A DNA stretch of 64,000 bases from Spirochaetia bacterium. Its GTDB lineage: Bacteria > Spirochaetota > Spirochaetia > UBA9216. The notes beneath the pieces were generated by a model that did not search any database, was not told the DNA's origin, and saw only the letters and a list, made by a program, of their open reading frames with translations. Below, piece by piece: positions 19,899 through 29,489 of the stretch (the stretch's first letter is position 1; the number at the start of each line of letters is the position of its first letter). Made by a program: the position numbers and the translations under genes. The stretch lies in assembly GCA_963677925.2 (NCBI GenBank), contig CAXXYH010000004.1, forward strand, positions 672,001-736,000, written 5' to 3'.

Positions 19899-21338
19899 AT
19901 GAACAGCAATGATATTTCGAATCAGGATGCAAAAAGAGTCTTCCACTTACCGGAAAAGCTTGAAAATTCACTACTTTATCAGATTATTGAAAATTCGCAT
20001 GACGGAATTATTGTAACCGATAATACCGGGCGGGTTCTTCTTGCAAATCCTCCGGCTGCAAATTTCATGAATCGTACTGTCGAGGATCTTCTAGGGTATA
20101 ATGTCAGGCTTCTGGTTGAAAAGGGATTTTACAGTCAGTCTACCATTCTTGAGACAATACAAACAGGACAGCCGGTAACAAAACTTATAACAATACCAAG
20201 CGGGAAAAAGGTTCTTTCCACAAGCATTCCTGTTCTCAATGATGATAATACCGTTAACCTGATTGTTACTACTACGATAAATCAGGATCTGGTTGATACT
20301 TATGTAGATGCGATTGAACAGGAAAAGACAAAATCAGAAAAATATAAAAGTGCCGCCAATTATCTTGATGGTCTTGAATCAAGGGCCAATGAGGTTGTCT
20401 TTAAAAGCGAAAAGATGAAACGGATAATTGATGAGGCGGGGATGATTGCCCGAACGGACAGTACTGTACTGATAACTGGAGAATCAGGAACGGGAAAGGA
20501 AGTGATTGCAAGATTTATTCACAGAAACAGCTTTCGATCCAGGGAACCCTTTATTCCGGTTAACTGTGCTGCAATACCCGAAGAATTGATGGAATCTGAA
20601 TTTTTCGGGTATGACAAAGGGGCTTTTTCCGGAGCAAATTCAAGAGGTAAGCTGGGATTTTTTGAAATGGCTGATAAAGGAACTCTGTTTCTTGATGAAA
20701 TCGGAGAGCTGTCTTTAAACCTGCAGTCCAAACTGCTGAGGGTCCTTGAGACAGGAGAGTTTCAGCGGGTAGGCGGCGTTACGATAAAAAAATCGGATGT
20801 CAGGCTTGTCTCGGCAACAAATAAAGATCTTGCATCAATGGTCACCCGCGGGGTTTTCAGGGAGGATTTGTATTACAGGCTTAATGTGATCCCCATTTCC
20901 ATACCGCCGCTGAGGGAGAGGCCTGAAGATATTCTGAAGCTTTCTGATAAGTTTTTAAAGGAATTCAACGCGAAATTCGGGACTGATAAGGCTTTTTCAA
21001 AGAACCTTCTTGTTAATTTTATGAACTACAGCTGGCCGGGTAATGCGAGAGAACTAAGGAACCTGATAGAAAGACTTGTTATTATTTCCAGCGGAAAAGA
21101 ACTGAACTATGATTTTAAGGGTGATTATTGCTCGGAAAAAGATACTGTTGAGTCAAGGCTTGATAAAAAAGGAACTGAATTTGTTCCTCTTAAGGATGCC
21201 GTTAAGACGTATGAGCAGACTTACATAAAAGCTGCAGTAGATTCCTGTAACGGTAAAATTTCAGCGGCGGCAAATCTGCTTGGAATTCACCGGACAATGA
21301 TATATCGAAAGCTTGAATCTTTTTCTTTAGATGATTAG
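19899..21338 (+). CDS. Sigma-54-dependent enhancer-binding protein (PAS-AAA+-Fis HTH)
   Basis: N-terminal PAS; GESGTGKE, GAFSGA, LFLDEIGE, FREDLYYRLNV, WPGNAREL; C-terminal AANLLGIHRTMIYRKL. Confidence 0.95.
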   Translation: MNSNDISNQDAKRVFHLPEKLENSLLYQIIENSHDGIIVTDNTGRVLLANPPAANFMNRTVEDLLGYNVRLLVEKGFYSQSTILETIQTGQPVTKLITIPSGKKVLSTSIPVLNDDNTVNLIVTTTINQDLVDTYVDAIEQEKTKSEKYKSAANYLDGLESRANEVVFKSEKMKRIIDEAGMIARTDSTVLITGESGTGKEVIARFIHRNSFRSREPFIPVNCAAIPEELMESEFFGYDKGAFSGANSRGKLGFFEMADKGTLFLDEIGELSLNLQSKLLRVLETGEFQRVGGVTIKKSDVRLVSATNKDLASMVTRGVFREDLYYRLNVIPISIPPLRERPEDILKLSDKFLKEFNAKFGTDKAFSKNLLVNFMNYSWPGNARELRNLIERLVIISSGKELNYDFKGDYCSEKDTVESRLDKKGTEFVPLKDAVKTYEQTYIKAAVDSCNGKISAAANLLGIHRTMIYRKLESFSLDD

Positions 21339-21342
21339 GTTT

Positions 21343-21403
21343 TGTAGTATAATCACTACATATGTAGCAAATATGCTACAATAGATGTTGCAAAATTGCT
21401 ACA
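21343..21403. promoter_or_regulatory. Three tandem TGT-N12-ACA palindromes (upstream activating sequences)
   Basis: TGTAGTATAATCACTACA (21343), TGTAGCAAATATGCTACA (21363), TGTTGCAAAATTGCTACA (21386); about 125-190 nt upstream of a sigma-54 promoter, next to an EBP gene. Confidence 0.8.
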
Positions 21404-21527
21404 TGTAAAAATCATAATAAAATAAACTCAGTGTAATAAAGTCTGAAATTTAATAAATACCAGCTATTTTTCCAATTTTTCTCTCCTAATCAACGGTTTC
21501 TATAATTAATTCAAATAAAAAATTGAT

Positions 21528-21545
21528 TTGGTATGTAACTTGCAT
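21528..21545 (+). promoter_or_regulatory. Sigma-54 (-24/-12) promoter
   Basis: TTGGTATGTAACTTGCAT: GG-N10-GC spacing, upstream of the GntP permease. Confidence 0.82.
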
Positions 21546-21587
21546 TTATGACTTCGAAAATATCATTTAGATAAGGAGAAGAATTAA

Positions 21588-22889
21588 ATGAGTATTGTTT
21601 TGAGTGGACTGGGAATCCTGTTCGGATTTCTGCTGCTGATGGTCGGCGCCTGGAAGAAGATTAACCTTCTTGTTGTAACGCTGGCAGCAACCGCAGTAAT
21701 TGCAATTTTTAACGGATTGAATATCGCCGAAGTCTGGGCCGGAACCTATATGGAGGGGTTCACTAGTTTTGCAGGCAAGTATCTGCTTCTTTTCTGTTTT
21801 GGTTCGCTGTTCGGTAAAATCATTGAAGACAGCGGAGCCGGCTGGAGAATTGCTAATACAATTGCCTCAAAAACCGGTCATAAAAAAGCCCTGGGTGCTC
21901 TTACCCTTGTAACTGCCCTCCTGCTTTACGGCGGTGTAAGTATATTTGTAATTGTATTTTTCATTCTGCCAATCGGAAAGAGCCTGTTTAAGAAGATCGG
22001 TATTCCCTGGTATCTCTTCCCTGGAATCGCAATGATCGGAACAATTCCTGCAGTCGGAATGCTTCCCGGAACTCTGCAGATCCTGAATATTATTCCTACA
22101 AACTTCCTTGGTACTACTCTGACGGCCGGAGCCGGCGTCGGTCTTGTTGCAACTGTTGTATATTTTCTGATGGCTTATTTTTATACAAGACGTGTCATTA
22201 GAACCAATGCCGGTAACTTTAATCTTGCAGATTTCAATACAGGGCATGATGTAGAATTAAATGAGGAAGAGCTGAATTCAAGAGCTCCGAATGTTATCTT
22301 TTCTCTTATTCCCATTGCTGTTGCGCTTATCCTGATAAATGTATTCAAGATAAATATTATTATCGGAATGCTTCTTGCCAGCGTTGTCGGTATTGCCCTG
22401 TTCTGGAAATCTCTCGGAGGTTCAAAGTTCTGGTCTACAATAAATACTGGCATCGCAAACGGTATTGCTCCGGTTATTTATGTTTCTGTTGTAGTCGGTG
22501 TCGCCCGAACCGTAGCTGCAGTTCCCTTCTTTGATGTAATGAAAGATGCACTTCTTAATCTGCAGGCTAACGGTCTTATAAAAGTGATTGCAACCACATC
22601 TGTTCTTTCCGCAATGACCGGATCTTCATCCGGAAGTATGACGATGATCCTTGATCTTTTCAGCCAGGATTTTCTGTCCTGGGGATACGCACCTGGCCTT
22701 CTGCACAGATTGATCTCTGTTGCCGCTCTGGGGTTTGATTCTCTGCCATGGAATTCTGTAGTTGTTGTCTTCTTTACCTTAAGCGGGGTTTCATATGCAA
22801 AGGGATATAAGCATGTTTTTGCCTATACCGTAGTTATGCCTTTAATATGTGCATTCCTTATTATTGCCATATCACCAATATTTTATTAA
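21588..22889 (+). CDS. GntP-family (H+/organic acid) permease
   Basis: FGKIIEDSGA, LLYGGVSIFV, PGTLQILNIIP, TGSSSGS, DSLPWN; many TMs; SD AAGGAG. Confidence 0.88.
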   Translation: MSIVLSGLGILFGFLLLMVGAWKKINLLVVTLAATAVIAIFNGLNIAEVWAGTYMEGFTSFAGKYLLLFCFGSLFGKIIEDSGAGWRIANTIASKTGHKKALGALTLVTALLLYGGVSIFVIVFFILPIGKSLFKKIGIPWYLFPGIAMIGTIPAVGMLPGTLQILNIIPTNFLGTTLTAGAGVGLVATVVYFLMAYFYTRRVIRTNAGNFNLADFNTGHDVELNEEELNSRAPNVIFSLIPIAVALILINVFKINIIIGMLLASVVGIALFWKSLGGSKFWSTINTGIANGIAPVIYVSVVVGVARTVAAVPFFDVMKDALLNLQANGLIKVIATTSVLSAMTGSSSGSMTMILDLFSQDFLSWGYAPGLLHRLISVAALGFDSLPWNSVVVVFFTLSGVSYAKGYKHVFAYTVVMPLICAFLIIAISPIFY

Positions 22890-22901
22890 ACAGGAGTTTT
22901 A

Positions 22902-23342
22902 ATGAGTAATTCAGAAACAAAGAAATATCTGATCCAGGAACTTCATGATCCAAATATGGGATCACCTGAGTTTCAGGAGATGTATAAAAAGTTTTCAAAC
23001 AGGATATTGTGGATAGATTCAAAGGTAGTACCCGGAGCCTTCCAGATGAATACTGCATGGTATTATGCAGTACCTGAGAAAAATCCCGTCTTTGAAGAAC
23101 ATGTTCACGATTATGACGAGATGATAGGATTTTTCGGATCCAATCCTGATGAGCCGTATAATCTGAACGCGGAAATCGTCGCCGGAATTGATGGCGAGAT
23201 GCATACAATCACCAGGTCCTCACTGATATTTATTCCGGCAGGTATGCCTCATATGCCCCTGTCGCTTAACAGGGTTGATAGACCTATCTTTCATTTTTCA
23301 GTAGTAATGAACCCCGAATACTCCGACGGGGCTTATAAATAG
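22902..23342 (+). CDS. Cupin-fold metal-binding protein
   Basis: HVHDYDE motif 1 and IFIPAGMPH motif 2. Confidence 0.78.
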   Translation: MSNSETKKYLIQELHDPNMGSPEFQEMYKKFSNRILWIDSKVVPGAFQMNTAWYYAVPEKNPVFEEHVHDYDEMIGFFGSNPDEPYNLNAEIVAGIDGEMHTITRSSLIFIPAGMPHMPLSLNRVDRPIFHFSVVMNPEYSDGAYK

Positions 23343-23368
23343 AAGAAAAGTTGTAATTTCGTTGCTTA

Positions 23369-23402
23369 CATTACAGGTAATATACTAATATTACCTGTAA
23401 TG
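23369..23402. promoter_or_regulatory. Perfect 15-bp inverted repeat overlapping the start codon at 23400
   Basis: CATTACAGGTAATAT-acta-ATATTACCTGTAATG. Confidence 0.6.
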
Positions 23403-24215
23403 ACTAATAAAACACTGCAGTCCTTTCTGCCCCGCAAGGGAATAACAATTATCAGCGGTTACACCGATGCAGATATGCTTGTCTATGTAGCAGCCTATGA
23501 ACTTGATAAAGATAACAGTATCGAGATCAGTTTTCCGAAGGGCCATCGGTTTAAAGATGGTCAGTTTGTGACTCTGCATCTTGATAACAGATCCGGAGTT
23601 GAAGAATACGATTCAGATTTACGGGTTTACCGGACATCCTACCGGGGAATTGTTTCAAATATTAAGGGAAATTATATAAAAGTCCTGCCGAAAGAATTCA
23701 TGTGTTACTATTCCAATGATTGTGTCATAAAGTATGTGTCGCCTGATTTTGAATATGATTTGGTAAATGAAATAAATCCCCTGCCGGAATCCGGAATAAA
23801 ACATTCCGAACTTCGCTGGACCGGAAGAGAGTACGAGAATAAGCTGGGAGTTTTAATTACACGGCTGAAAGAGTATCCTCACTCTTCTTTAATGGCTTTT
23901 CTTTCCACTGAATGTGATGACATTTTTCTGATTACCCTGAAGAGTCTGTTTAAGTCTTCGGTAATTCACCGGGATAACAGATGCTGTTTTGCGATTGACC
24001 ATAGATCGGATTTCGTTTTTGAAAAAGCCTATGACTGGAATTACACAATTTTGGAGGCAGATGCATACACCGTGTCTGACAGTAATCCTGTCTTTGAAGA
24101 GATTCAGTCGAGGTTTGTTGATAAGAACCCGTGGGAAGCTTCATTTTTTCTCAGTCCTGAAGTTGAAATGTTTCATCTGAAACCGACTAAAATACTGATG
24201 CCCGATACAATATAG
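23400..24215 (+). CDS. Hypothetical protein with a C-terminal pyridoxamine-5'-phosphate-oxidase-like (split-barrel) domain
   Basis: GVLIT....PHSSLMAF.......IFLIT....KS..IHRDNRCCFAID pattern typical of FMN split barrels. Confidence 0.6.
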   Translation: MTNKTLQSFLPRKGITIISGYTDADMLVYVAAYELDKDNSIEISFPKGHRFKDGQFVTLHLDNRSGVEEYDSDLRVYRTSYRGIVSNIKGNYIKVLPKEFMCYYSNDCVIKYVSPDFEYDLVNEINPLPESGIKHSELRWTGREYENKLGVLITRLKEYPHSSLMAFLSTECDDIFLITLKSLFKSSVIHRDNRCCFAIDHRSDFVFEKAYDWNYTILEADAYTVSDSNPVFEEIQSRFVDKNPWEASFFLSPEVEMFHLKPTKILMPDTI

Positions 24216-24223
24216 GAGATCTT

Positions 24224-25408
24224 ATGCAACTTTCACTTAAGGAATATTTTATTTCTCTTTCCTCACTTCTGGATTTTCTGGAGGTGGAAATGCATTCCAG
24301 ACCTACAAATCACTGTAAACGGGTCGCTCTTTTTGCGCTGAAGCTGGGCAGTGAAATTGGGCTGGATGAAAATGACAGGTTTAGTCTTGGCGCCCTTGCC
24401 CTCCTGCATGATCTTGGTGCGTCGATGGCTGTGCTGATCCAGAAAATGGAAAAGCAGAAAAATCCTGATATTGAAGTTTTTCCTGATCACTGCAAAGCCG
24501 GGGCTGATCTTGTATCCGGCATTCCGTTTCTGGCAGATCAATCAGATGTGATTTTGTATCACCACGAACGATATGACGGCAAAGGCTATTACGGCGTAGA
24601 TACCGTTCCGCTGTTTTCGAGTATAATAACCATAAGCGACAGGATTGATATGGAGCTGTTTAATAAGGCTACAGGAATGGAAGCAACCAGAAAGCTGCTT
24701 GAAAAAGAAAAGGGCAGGATTTTTTCTCCGGAAATTGCGGAAGCCGGACTTCATTCATTAAGCAGCTGCAATATGTTTCAAACTCTGGACGATGCAAATG
24801 TTCTGTCCGGAATCAACGCGGAACTGCCGGAAAAGATGATCTCCGCATCAGGAGAAGAGATTCTTGAAATGACTCAGCCTTTTTCAAATATTGTTGATGC
24901 AAAATCACCCTTTACCAGGAATCATTCCTCTCAGCTCACTGATAAAGTTTCTGCGATGTGTGCATATTATAAGTTTGACAGAGAAAAAACTATTAAGATG
25001 CTTATTGCAGCTAATCTTCATGATATAGGGAAACTGGCGGTACCGAACAGGATTCTTGAAAAGAACGGAAAGCTGACTCCGGAAGAATTTGATGTTATTA
25101 AAACACATACTTATTACACCAGAATTGCCCTTCAGCAGATCACCGGCTGGGAGGATATCACCGACTGGGCTTCTGATCATCATGAAAAGTTGAACGGAAA
25201 AGGATATCCGATAGGCAAATCTGCAGATCAACTGTCATTTGAAGCAAGGCTTATGGCATGTCTGGATATCTATCAGGCGCTATCTGAAGACAGGCCTTAT
25301 AAGCAGGGGTTCTCAAATGAGAAGTCTTTCGGGATCCTTGATGAATGTGTTGCCAGAAATGAGATCGACGGTTCTATCGTTGAGGATATGAAAAAGGTTT
25401 TTGTTTAA
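24224..25408 (+). CDS. Tandem-HD HD-GYP phosphodiesterase
   Basis: First domain HCKRV..LLHDLG..HHERYDGKGY; second domain HS..LHDIGK..HHEKLNGKGYP..DIYQALSEDRPYK. Confidence 0.9.
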   Translation: MQLSLKEYFISLSSLLDFLEVEMHSRPTNHCKRVALFALKLGSEIGLDENDRFSLGALALLHDLGASMAVLIQKMEKQKNPDIEVFPDHCKAGADLVSGIPFLADQSDVILYHHERYDGKGYYGVDTVPLFSSIITISDRIDMELFNKATGMEATRKLLEKEKGRIFSPEIAEAGLHSLSSCNMFQTLDDANVLSGINAELPEKMISASGEEILEMTQPFSNIVDAKSPFTRNHSSQLTDKVSAMCAYYKFDREKTIKMLIAANLHDIGKLAVPNRILEKNGKLTPEEFDVIKTHTYYTRIALQQITGWEDITDWASDHHEKLNGKGYPIGKSADQLSFEARLMACLDIYQALSEDRPYKQGFSNEKSFGILDECVARNEIDGSIVEDMKKVFV

Positions 25409-25501
25409 ATCATGGCTGTTTTGAATATCTCTTAGACGGAATCTTATTCAAATCAGCGATGGAAATTCCGGGTTGAAAAAGCTAACATTCTTCCTGTTAT
25501 T

Positions 25502-26842
25502 ATGCAGGATATATTTAAAGAAGGTGTTCACCTCAAACCATTCTACAGATTTATTTTCCCGTCCATTATCCAGATGGTTTTCATGTCCATCAATTATATC
25601 ATTGACGGTATTCTCATTGCCAATTTCCTGGGGATAAACGCCTTTGCCGCTTTGAACCTCTGCTACCCGGTGGAGTCGCTGATATGGGGCCTGTCCGTGA
25701 TGCCTGCAGCCGGAGCCGCCGCTCTAATTGCAATTCTTCTCGGCGAAGGAAAAACAGAAAAGGCCAATAGCCGCTTTACTCTGATATGTCTTGTTGCTCT
25801 GGGCATCGGCCTGCTGTATACACTGGTTGTCTATGTGTTTATGGAGCAGATTCTGAATCTCCTCGGGGCAACCGGACTGCTGCGTGAAAACAGCAGAACC
25901 TATCTGATGATAGCAAATATCGGAACACCCTTTGCATTTCTGGGAGTAATCCTCGGCTTTTTTATCAGGGTTGACGGCAGCCCCAGATTTACGCTTCTGC
26001 AGAATGCGGCAGGAGGGGTTGCCCTTGTCGGTCTTGATTTCCTGCTGATGGGTAAGCTCGGCTGGGGGATAGAAGCTCCGGCAATTGCAACACTTGCCTG
26101 GCTTGTTGTGAAAGCTGTTTTAGGTTTCTGGTATTTTCTGCGTCATAACAAGACTCTTAAATTTGTTAAACCGCAGTGGGACGGTAAATTTGTCAGGGAT
26201 TCTCTGGTTAACGGGTCCTCCGAGCTGGTCTCGGAAAGTTCTGCCGGGCTGGTTGCTTTTGTATTCAATCTGCTTGCTCTTCATTATGTAGGAGAAGCTG
26301 GAGTTGCTGCAATCGGTATAATCATGACAGTAAATTTTCTTCTCATCTCTCTTTACTTCGGTTATATCTCCGGAGCAAGTCCGCTTATCAGCTACTACTA
26401 CGGAGCCTCGGAATTCAAGATAGTAAATACAATTCACAGATGGTCAAAAAATCTGCTGCTTGTCAGTTCCGTTGTAATTGCAGGTTTAACATTTATCTTT
26501 GCCGAAAATCTTGTTTCAATTTATGAATCGAATGAGAGCGAGGTTTTCCGGATTGCAGTAACCGGGATGCGTTTTCTGGCCGCAGGACTTCTTTTCGGCG
26601 GTGTGAACATTTATGCCTCGGGATTTTTTACCGCATATGGAAACGGCTTGATTTCTTCGATTATTTCGTTTTCGCATTCAATTGTTTTTACCCTGCTCTT
26701 CGGTCTTGTGTTCACCGCGGTAATGGGATTTGACGGAATATGGTTATCGATCTGTACCGCGGAGTTTTTGACGCTGATTATTTCACTTGTATGTTTTTAT
26801 ATTTTCAGAAACAAGTATAGATATTCATTTTTTAAGAGCTGA
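25502..26842 (+). CDS. MATE family efflux transporter
   Basis: IDGILIANFLG...AALNL, RVDGSP, PLISYYYGA; about 12 TMs. Confidence 0.9.
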   Translation: MQDIFKEGVHLKPFYRFIFPSIIQMVFMSINYIIDGILIANFLGINAFAALNLCYPVESLIWGLSVMPAAGAAALIAILLGEGKTEKANSRFTLICLVALGIGLLYTLVVYVFMEQILNLLGATGLLRENSRTYLMIANIGTPFAFLGVILGFFIRVDGSPRFTLLQNAAGGVALVGLDFLLMGKLGWGIEAPAIATLAWLVVKAVLGFWYFLRHNKTLKFVKPQWDGKFVRDSLVNGSSELVSESSAGLVAFVFNLLALHYVGEAGVAAIGIIMTVNFLLISLYFGYISGASPLISYYYGASEFKIVNTIHRWSKNLLLVSSVVIAGLTFIFAENLVSIYESNESEVFRIAVTGMRFLAAGLLFGGVNIYASGFFTAYGNGLISSIISFSHSIVFTLLFGLVFTAVMGFDGIWLSICTAEFLTLIISLVCFYIFRNKYRYSFFKS

Positions 26843-26896
26843 TTATAAAAGTATCAATTCTGTGATATTCTTGATCCGCAGGACTGCGGAACAGAT

Positions 26897-27853
26897 ATGA
26901 TTAAAGAAGAGGAAATAGAATATCCGGAAGGGAGTCCGCTTTCATTCAGGATATATTCTGTTGAACATTATCATGTACATTTTCACTCCGACTCGCTTGA
27001 GCTGATACTCTGCCTTGAAGGTTCGGTCTTTATTCAGAACTGTTCCGAGACCAGAAAGCTAACTGCCGGACAAATTTATAGCATTGATATGCCGGACATT
27101 CATCACCTTTACTCAGAAGAGCCAAATGTTATTGTTTCTTTCTACATCAGGCTCAGTCCGTTTTATTCCCGCTGGCCTGAGCTCAGGCACATATGGTTTG
27201 CCTGCAACCCTTCCAATCTCAGTCCTGTAAAAAGGAAGGCGCTTGAGAGAATTGAAGAACTGGTACTTTTTACTGTATACAGGACAGTTTCCGGCGAAAC
27301 TCAGGCCGTGACAGAAGCTGAAAAATCAGCCCTTGAGATTCTGCAGCTGCTGATAGATTATTTTAACTACTATTATTTTAATAAGGATGCAGTCAGTCAT
27401 AATCCGGATACAATCAGGCGTTTCAACAGGATAATATCCTACTGTCAGGAAAATTACCGGAATAAGATTACACTGTCCGATATTGCTGAAAATGAAAATC
27501 TGAATAAATTCTACATATCGCAGCTGCTTCGCAACAGCAGCTTCGACGGTTTCAGCAGGGTTTTGGGATATATCAGATGTCTGCATGCTGTGCACCTTCT
27601 TCTTACAACTGAAGATTCAATTGAACAGATTTCCGGGGAATGCGGCTTCTCGGATCTAAAGTACTTTTACAGGCAGTTCCGTGAATGGTGGAAATGTACC
27701 CCGAATGAATTCCGGATAAGGCACGAAGAATACCTGAATGAGCCGGAAATTTTCAGCGATGTCAATGAAGCCGAAGTAAAAACTCTTCTTGGTAATTATA
27801 TTCTTTCCAGGATGATGATCAGGTGGTCACCATCCGGTACTATTCAACCATGA
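26897..27853 (+). CDS. AraC family transcriptional regulator
   Basis: N-terminal cupin (HFHSDSLEL); C-terminal LLLTTEDSIEQISGECGFSDLKYFYRQF...TPNEFR. Confidence 0.92.
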   Translation: MIKEEEIEYPEGSPLSFRIYSVEHYHVHFHSDSLELILCLEGSVFIQNCSETRKLTAGQIYSIDMPDIHHLYSEEPNVIVSFYIRLSPFYSRWPELRHIWFACNPSNLSPVKRKALERIEELVLFTVYRTVSGETQAVTEAEKSALEILQLLIDYFNYYYFNKDAVSHNPDTIRRFNRIISYCQENYRNKITLSDIAENENLNKFYISQLLRNSSFDGFSRVLGYIRCLHAVHLLLTTEDSIEQISGECGFSDLKYFYRQFREWWKCTPNEFRIRHEEYLNEPEIFSDVNEAEVKTLLGNYILSRMMIRWSPSGTIQP

Positions 27854-29189
27854 ACTGACCCATCATCCCTGAGTCCTCATGTTCAAGCAGATGGCAGTGA
27901 TACATGTACAGGCCGGTATAATCCCTGAAGCTTACACCAATTACAGCCGTATCTCCCGCGTTAAGAAGGATTGTGTCTTTGGGGCCGGCGTAAAGCGGAT
28001 CCGGTTTTCTGCCGTTGAAAGACAGCACCGTAAACTGAGTATCATGAACATGGAACGAGTGGGGTATGTTCATCATTCCCATCCCTATGTTGCGTACTGT
28101 CCAAATTTCTTCCGAATCAGCCGGTACTGTGAGGTTGATTTTACTCATATCCATCTGCTGTCCGTTTATAGTGAATACTCCCATTCCGCGTGTTTCCATA
28201 TTGAATGTCCGTTCTTCAAGCGATTTGTCTGTATAATCCGGATGGCGGTATATGAATGTTTCGGGGTGATCAAAGAATCTGCCGGTCTCCCTGCTGCTGT
28301 TTACCGTTAATGCCTCGAAACTTCCTCCGCCGCTTATTTCAACGATCAGTTCTTTTGATTCTTTTTTTGAAAAGTCTGCGAGTATTTCATAGCGTTCGCC
28401 CGGAGACATTATCAGAGATTTTGTTTTTACCGATTCAGGCAGGAAGCCGCCGTCAGAGGCAATCACTGTAAAATTTGACCTGTCTGAGAATGAGATTCTG
28501 TAGATCGAAGAATTGGAACCGTTAAGTATTCTGAACCGGTAAGTGCCTTTTTTGACATCCAGGACAGGCTCATATGAACCGTTAACCAGGACTGCATTTC
28601 CGATGTATCCGTGCATCAAATCGGATCTGTACGGCTGATAATCGAAGCTGCCGTCGCGATTGAATCTTCTGTCCTGCAGAATCAGCGGAATATCGTTTAT
28701 TCCGTATTCTTTCGGGATATCCAGACTGTCGGAATATTCGTCATCAATTATAAACATTCCTGCAAGTCCCCGGTAGACATGCTCGGCGGTTTTTCCCATG
28801 AGGTGCGGATGGTACCAGAGCGTAGCAGCCTGCTGTTTTATTGTGAATACCGGGTTGAAGCTTTCACCTGCTTTTATAATCTGGTGGGGGCCGCCGTCAA
28901 ACTCCGCCGGAATATGCATTCCGTGCCAGTGCACCGTTGTGTTCTCATCAATGTTATTGTTGATGCTTATGTCAGCGAGTTCGCCGTTTCTGTAGCGGAT
29001 TGTCGGTCCCAGATAATTACCGTTGAACCCGAGTGTTTCGCTGGTTCCGAAGGGCAGAGCAAGCTTTCCCTGCCGAATATTAAGTTCGATTTCCGTTCCG
29101 GAAAGTATCGGAGGGATTGGGAGCTCTTCTGCTGATACGGTAAAAACCGCTATCAGCAGAACAGATAATGCCAAAAGAAGCTTTTTCAT
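27840..29189 (-). CDS. cueO: Multicopper oxidase (CueO-like)
   Basis: All four copper motifs: HWHG, WYHPH, HSFHVH, HCHLLEHEDSGMM; signal peptide; lies in the copper operon. Confidence 0.88.
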   Translation of the reverse strand: MKKLLLALSVLLIAVFTVSAEELPIPPILSGTEIELNIRQGKLALPFGTSETLGFNGNYLGPTIRYRNGELADISINNNIDENTTVHWHGMHIPAEFDGGPHQIIKAGESFNPVFTIKQQAATLWYHPHLMGKTAEHVYRGLAGMFIIDDEYSDSLDIPKEYGINDIPLILQDRRFNRDGSFDYQPYRSDLMHGYIGNAVLVNGSYEPVLDVKKGTYRFRILNGSNSSIYRISFSDRSNFTVIASDGGFLPESVKTKSLIMSPGERYEILADFSKKESKELIVEISGGGSFEALTVNSSRETGRFFDHPETFIYRHPDYTDKSLEERTFNMETRGMGVFTINGQQMDMSKINLTVPADSEEIWTVRNIGMGMMNIPHSFHVHDTQFTVLSFNGRKPDPLYAGPKDTILLNAGDTAVIGVSFRDYTGLYMYHCHLLEHEDSGMMGQFMVE

Positions 29190-29219
29190 CTTCGGCCTCC
29201 AAAAAATTACTTGAAATAA

Positions 29220-29477
29220 TTATCTTGATTCCAGAATCTGTTTCTTCTCGAGAAACTCATCCTTGTCAATTTCACCGTTCACGAATCTGCGCTGCAGAGT
29301 TTCAAGCGGTGTTTCTTCACCCTTTTCAGAGAATGTAGTTCCGCTCTTTTTAAGTATAAGAAATAAAATCACTAAAAAAAGAGCGGCACCGATAATCATC
29401 ATAATAATTCCTCCGTAATTGAATCTTCCAAACCCGGACAGTCCGCTGCAGGTCTGCCAGAAACCGTTTCCGAACAT
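29220..29477 (-). CDS. SHOCT-domain membrane protein
   Basis: One TM plus PLETLQRRFVNGEIDKDEF. Confidence 0.88.
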   Translation of the reverse strand: MFGNGFWQTCSGLSGFGRFNYGGIIMMIIGAALFLVILFLILKKSGTTFSEKGEETPLETLQRRFVNGEIDKDEFLEKKQILESR

Positions 29478-29489
29478 CTAAACCTCCTT

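Noticed and set aside
21343-21403. Short repeats as a possible mini-CRISPR array
   Set aside because: Repeats are 18 bp with 2-5 nt gaps, there are no cas genes, and they fit activator UAS sites
27840-27853. 3' overlaps of convergent genes (here and 18314-18339)
   Set aside because: Short convergent overlaps are common in compact genomes, and no further signal was seen
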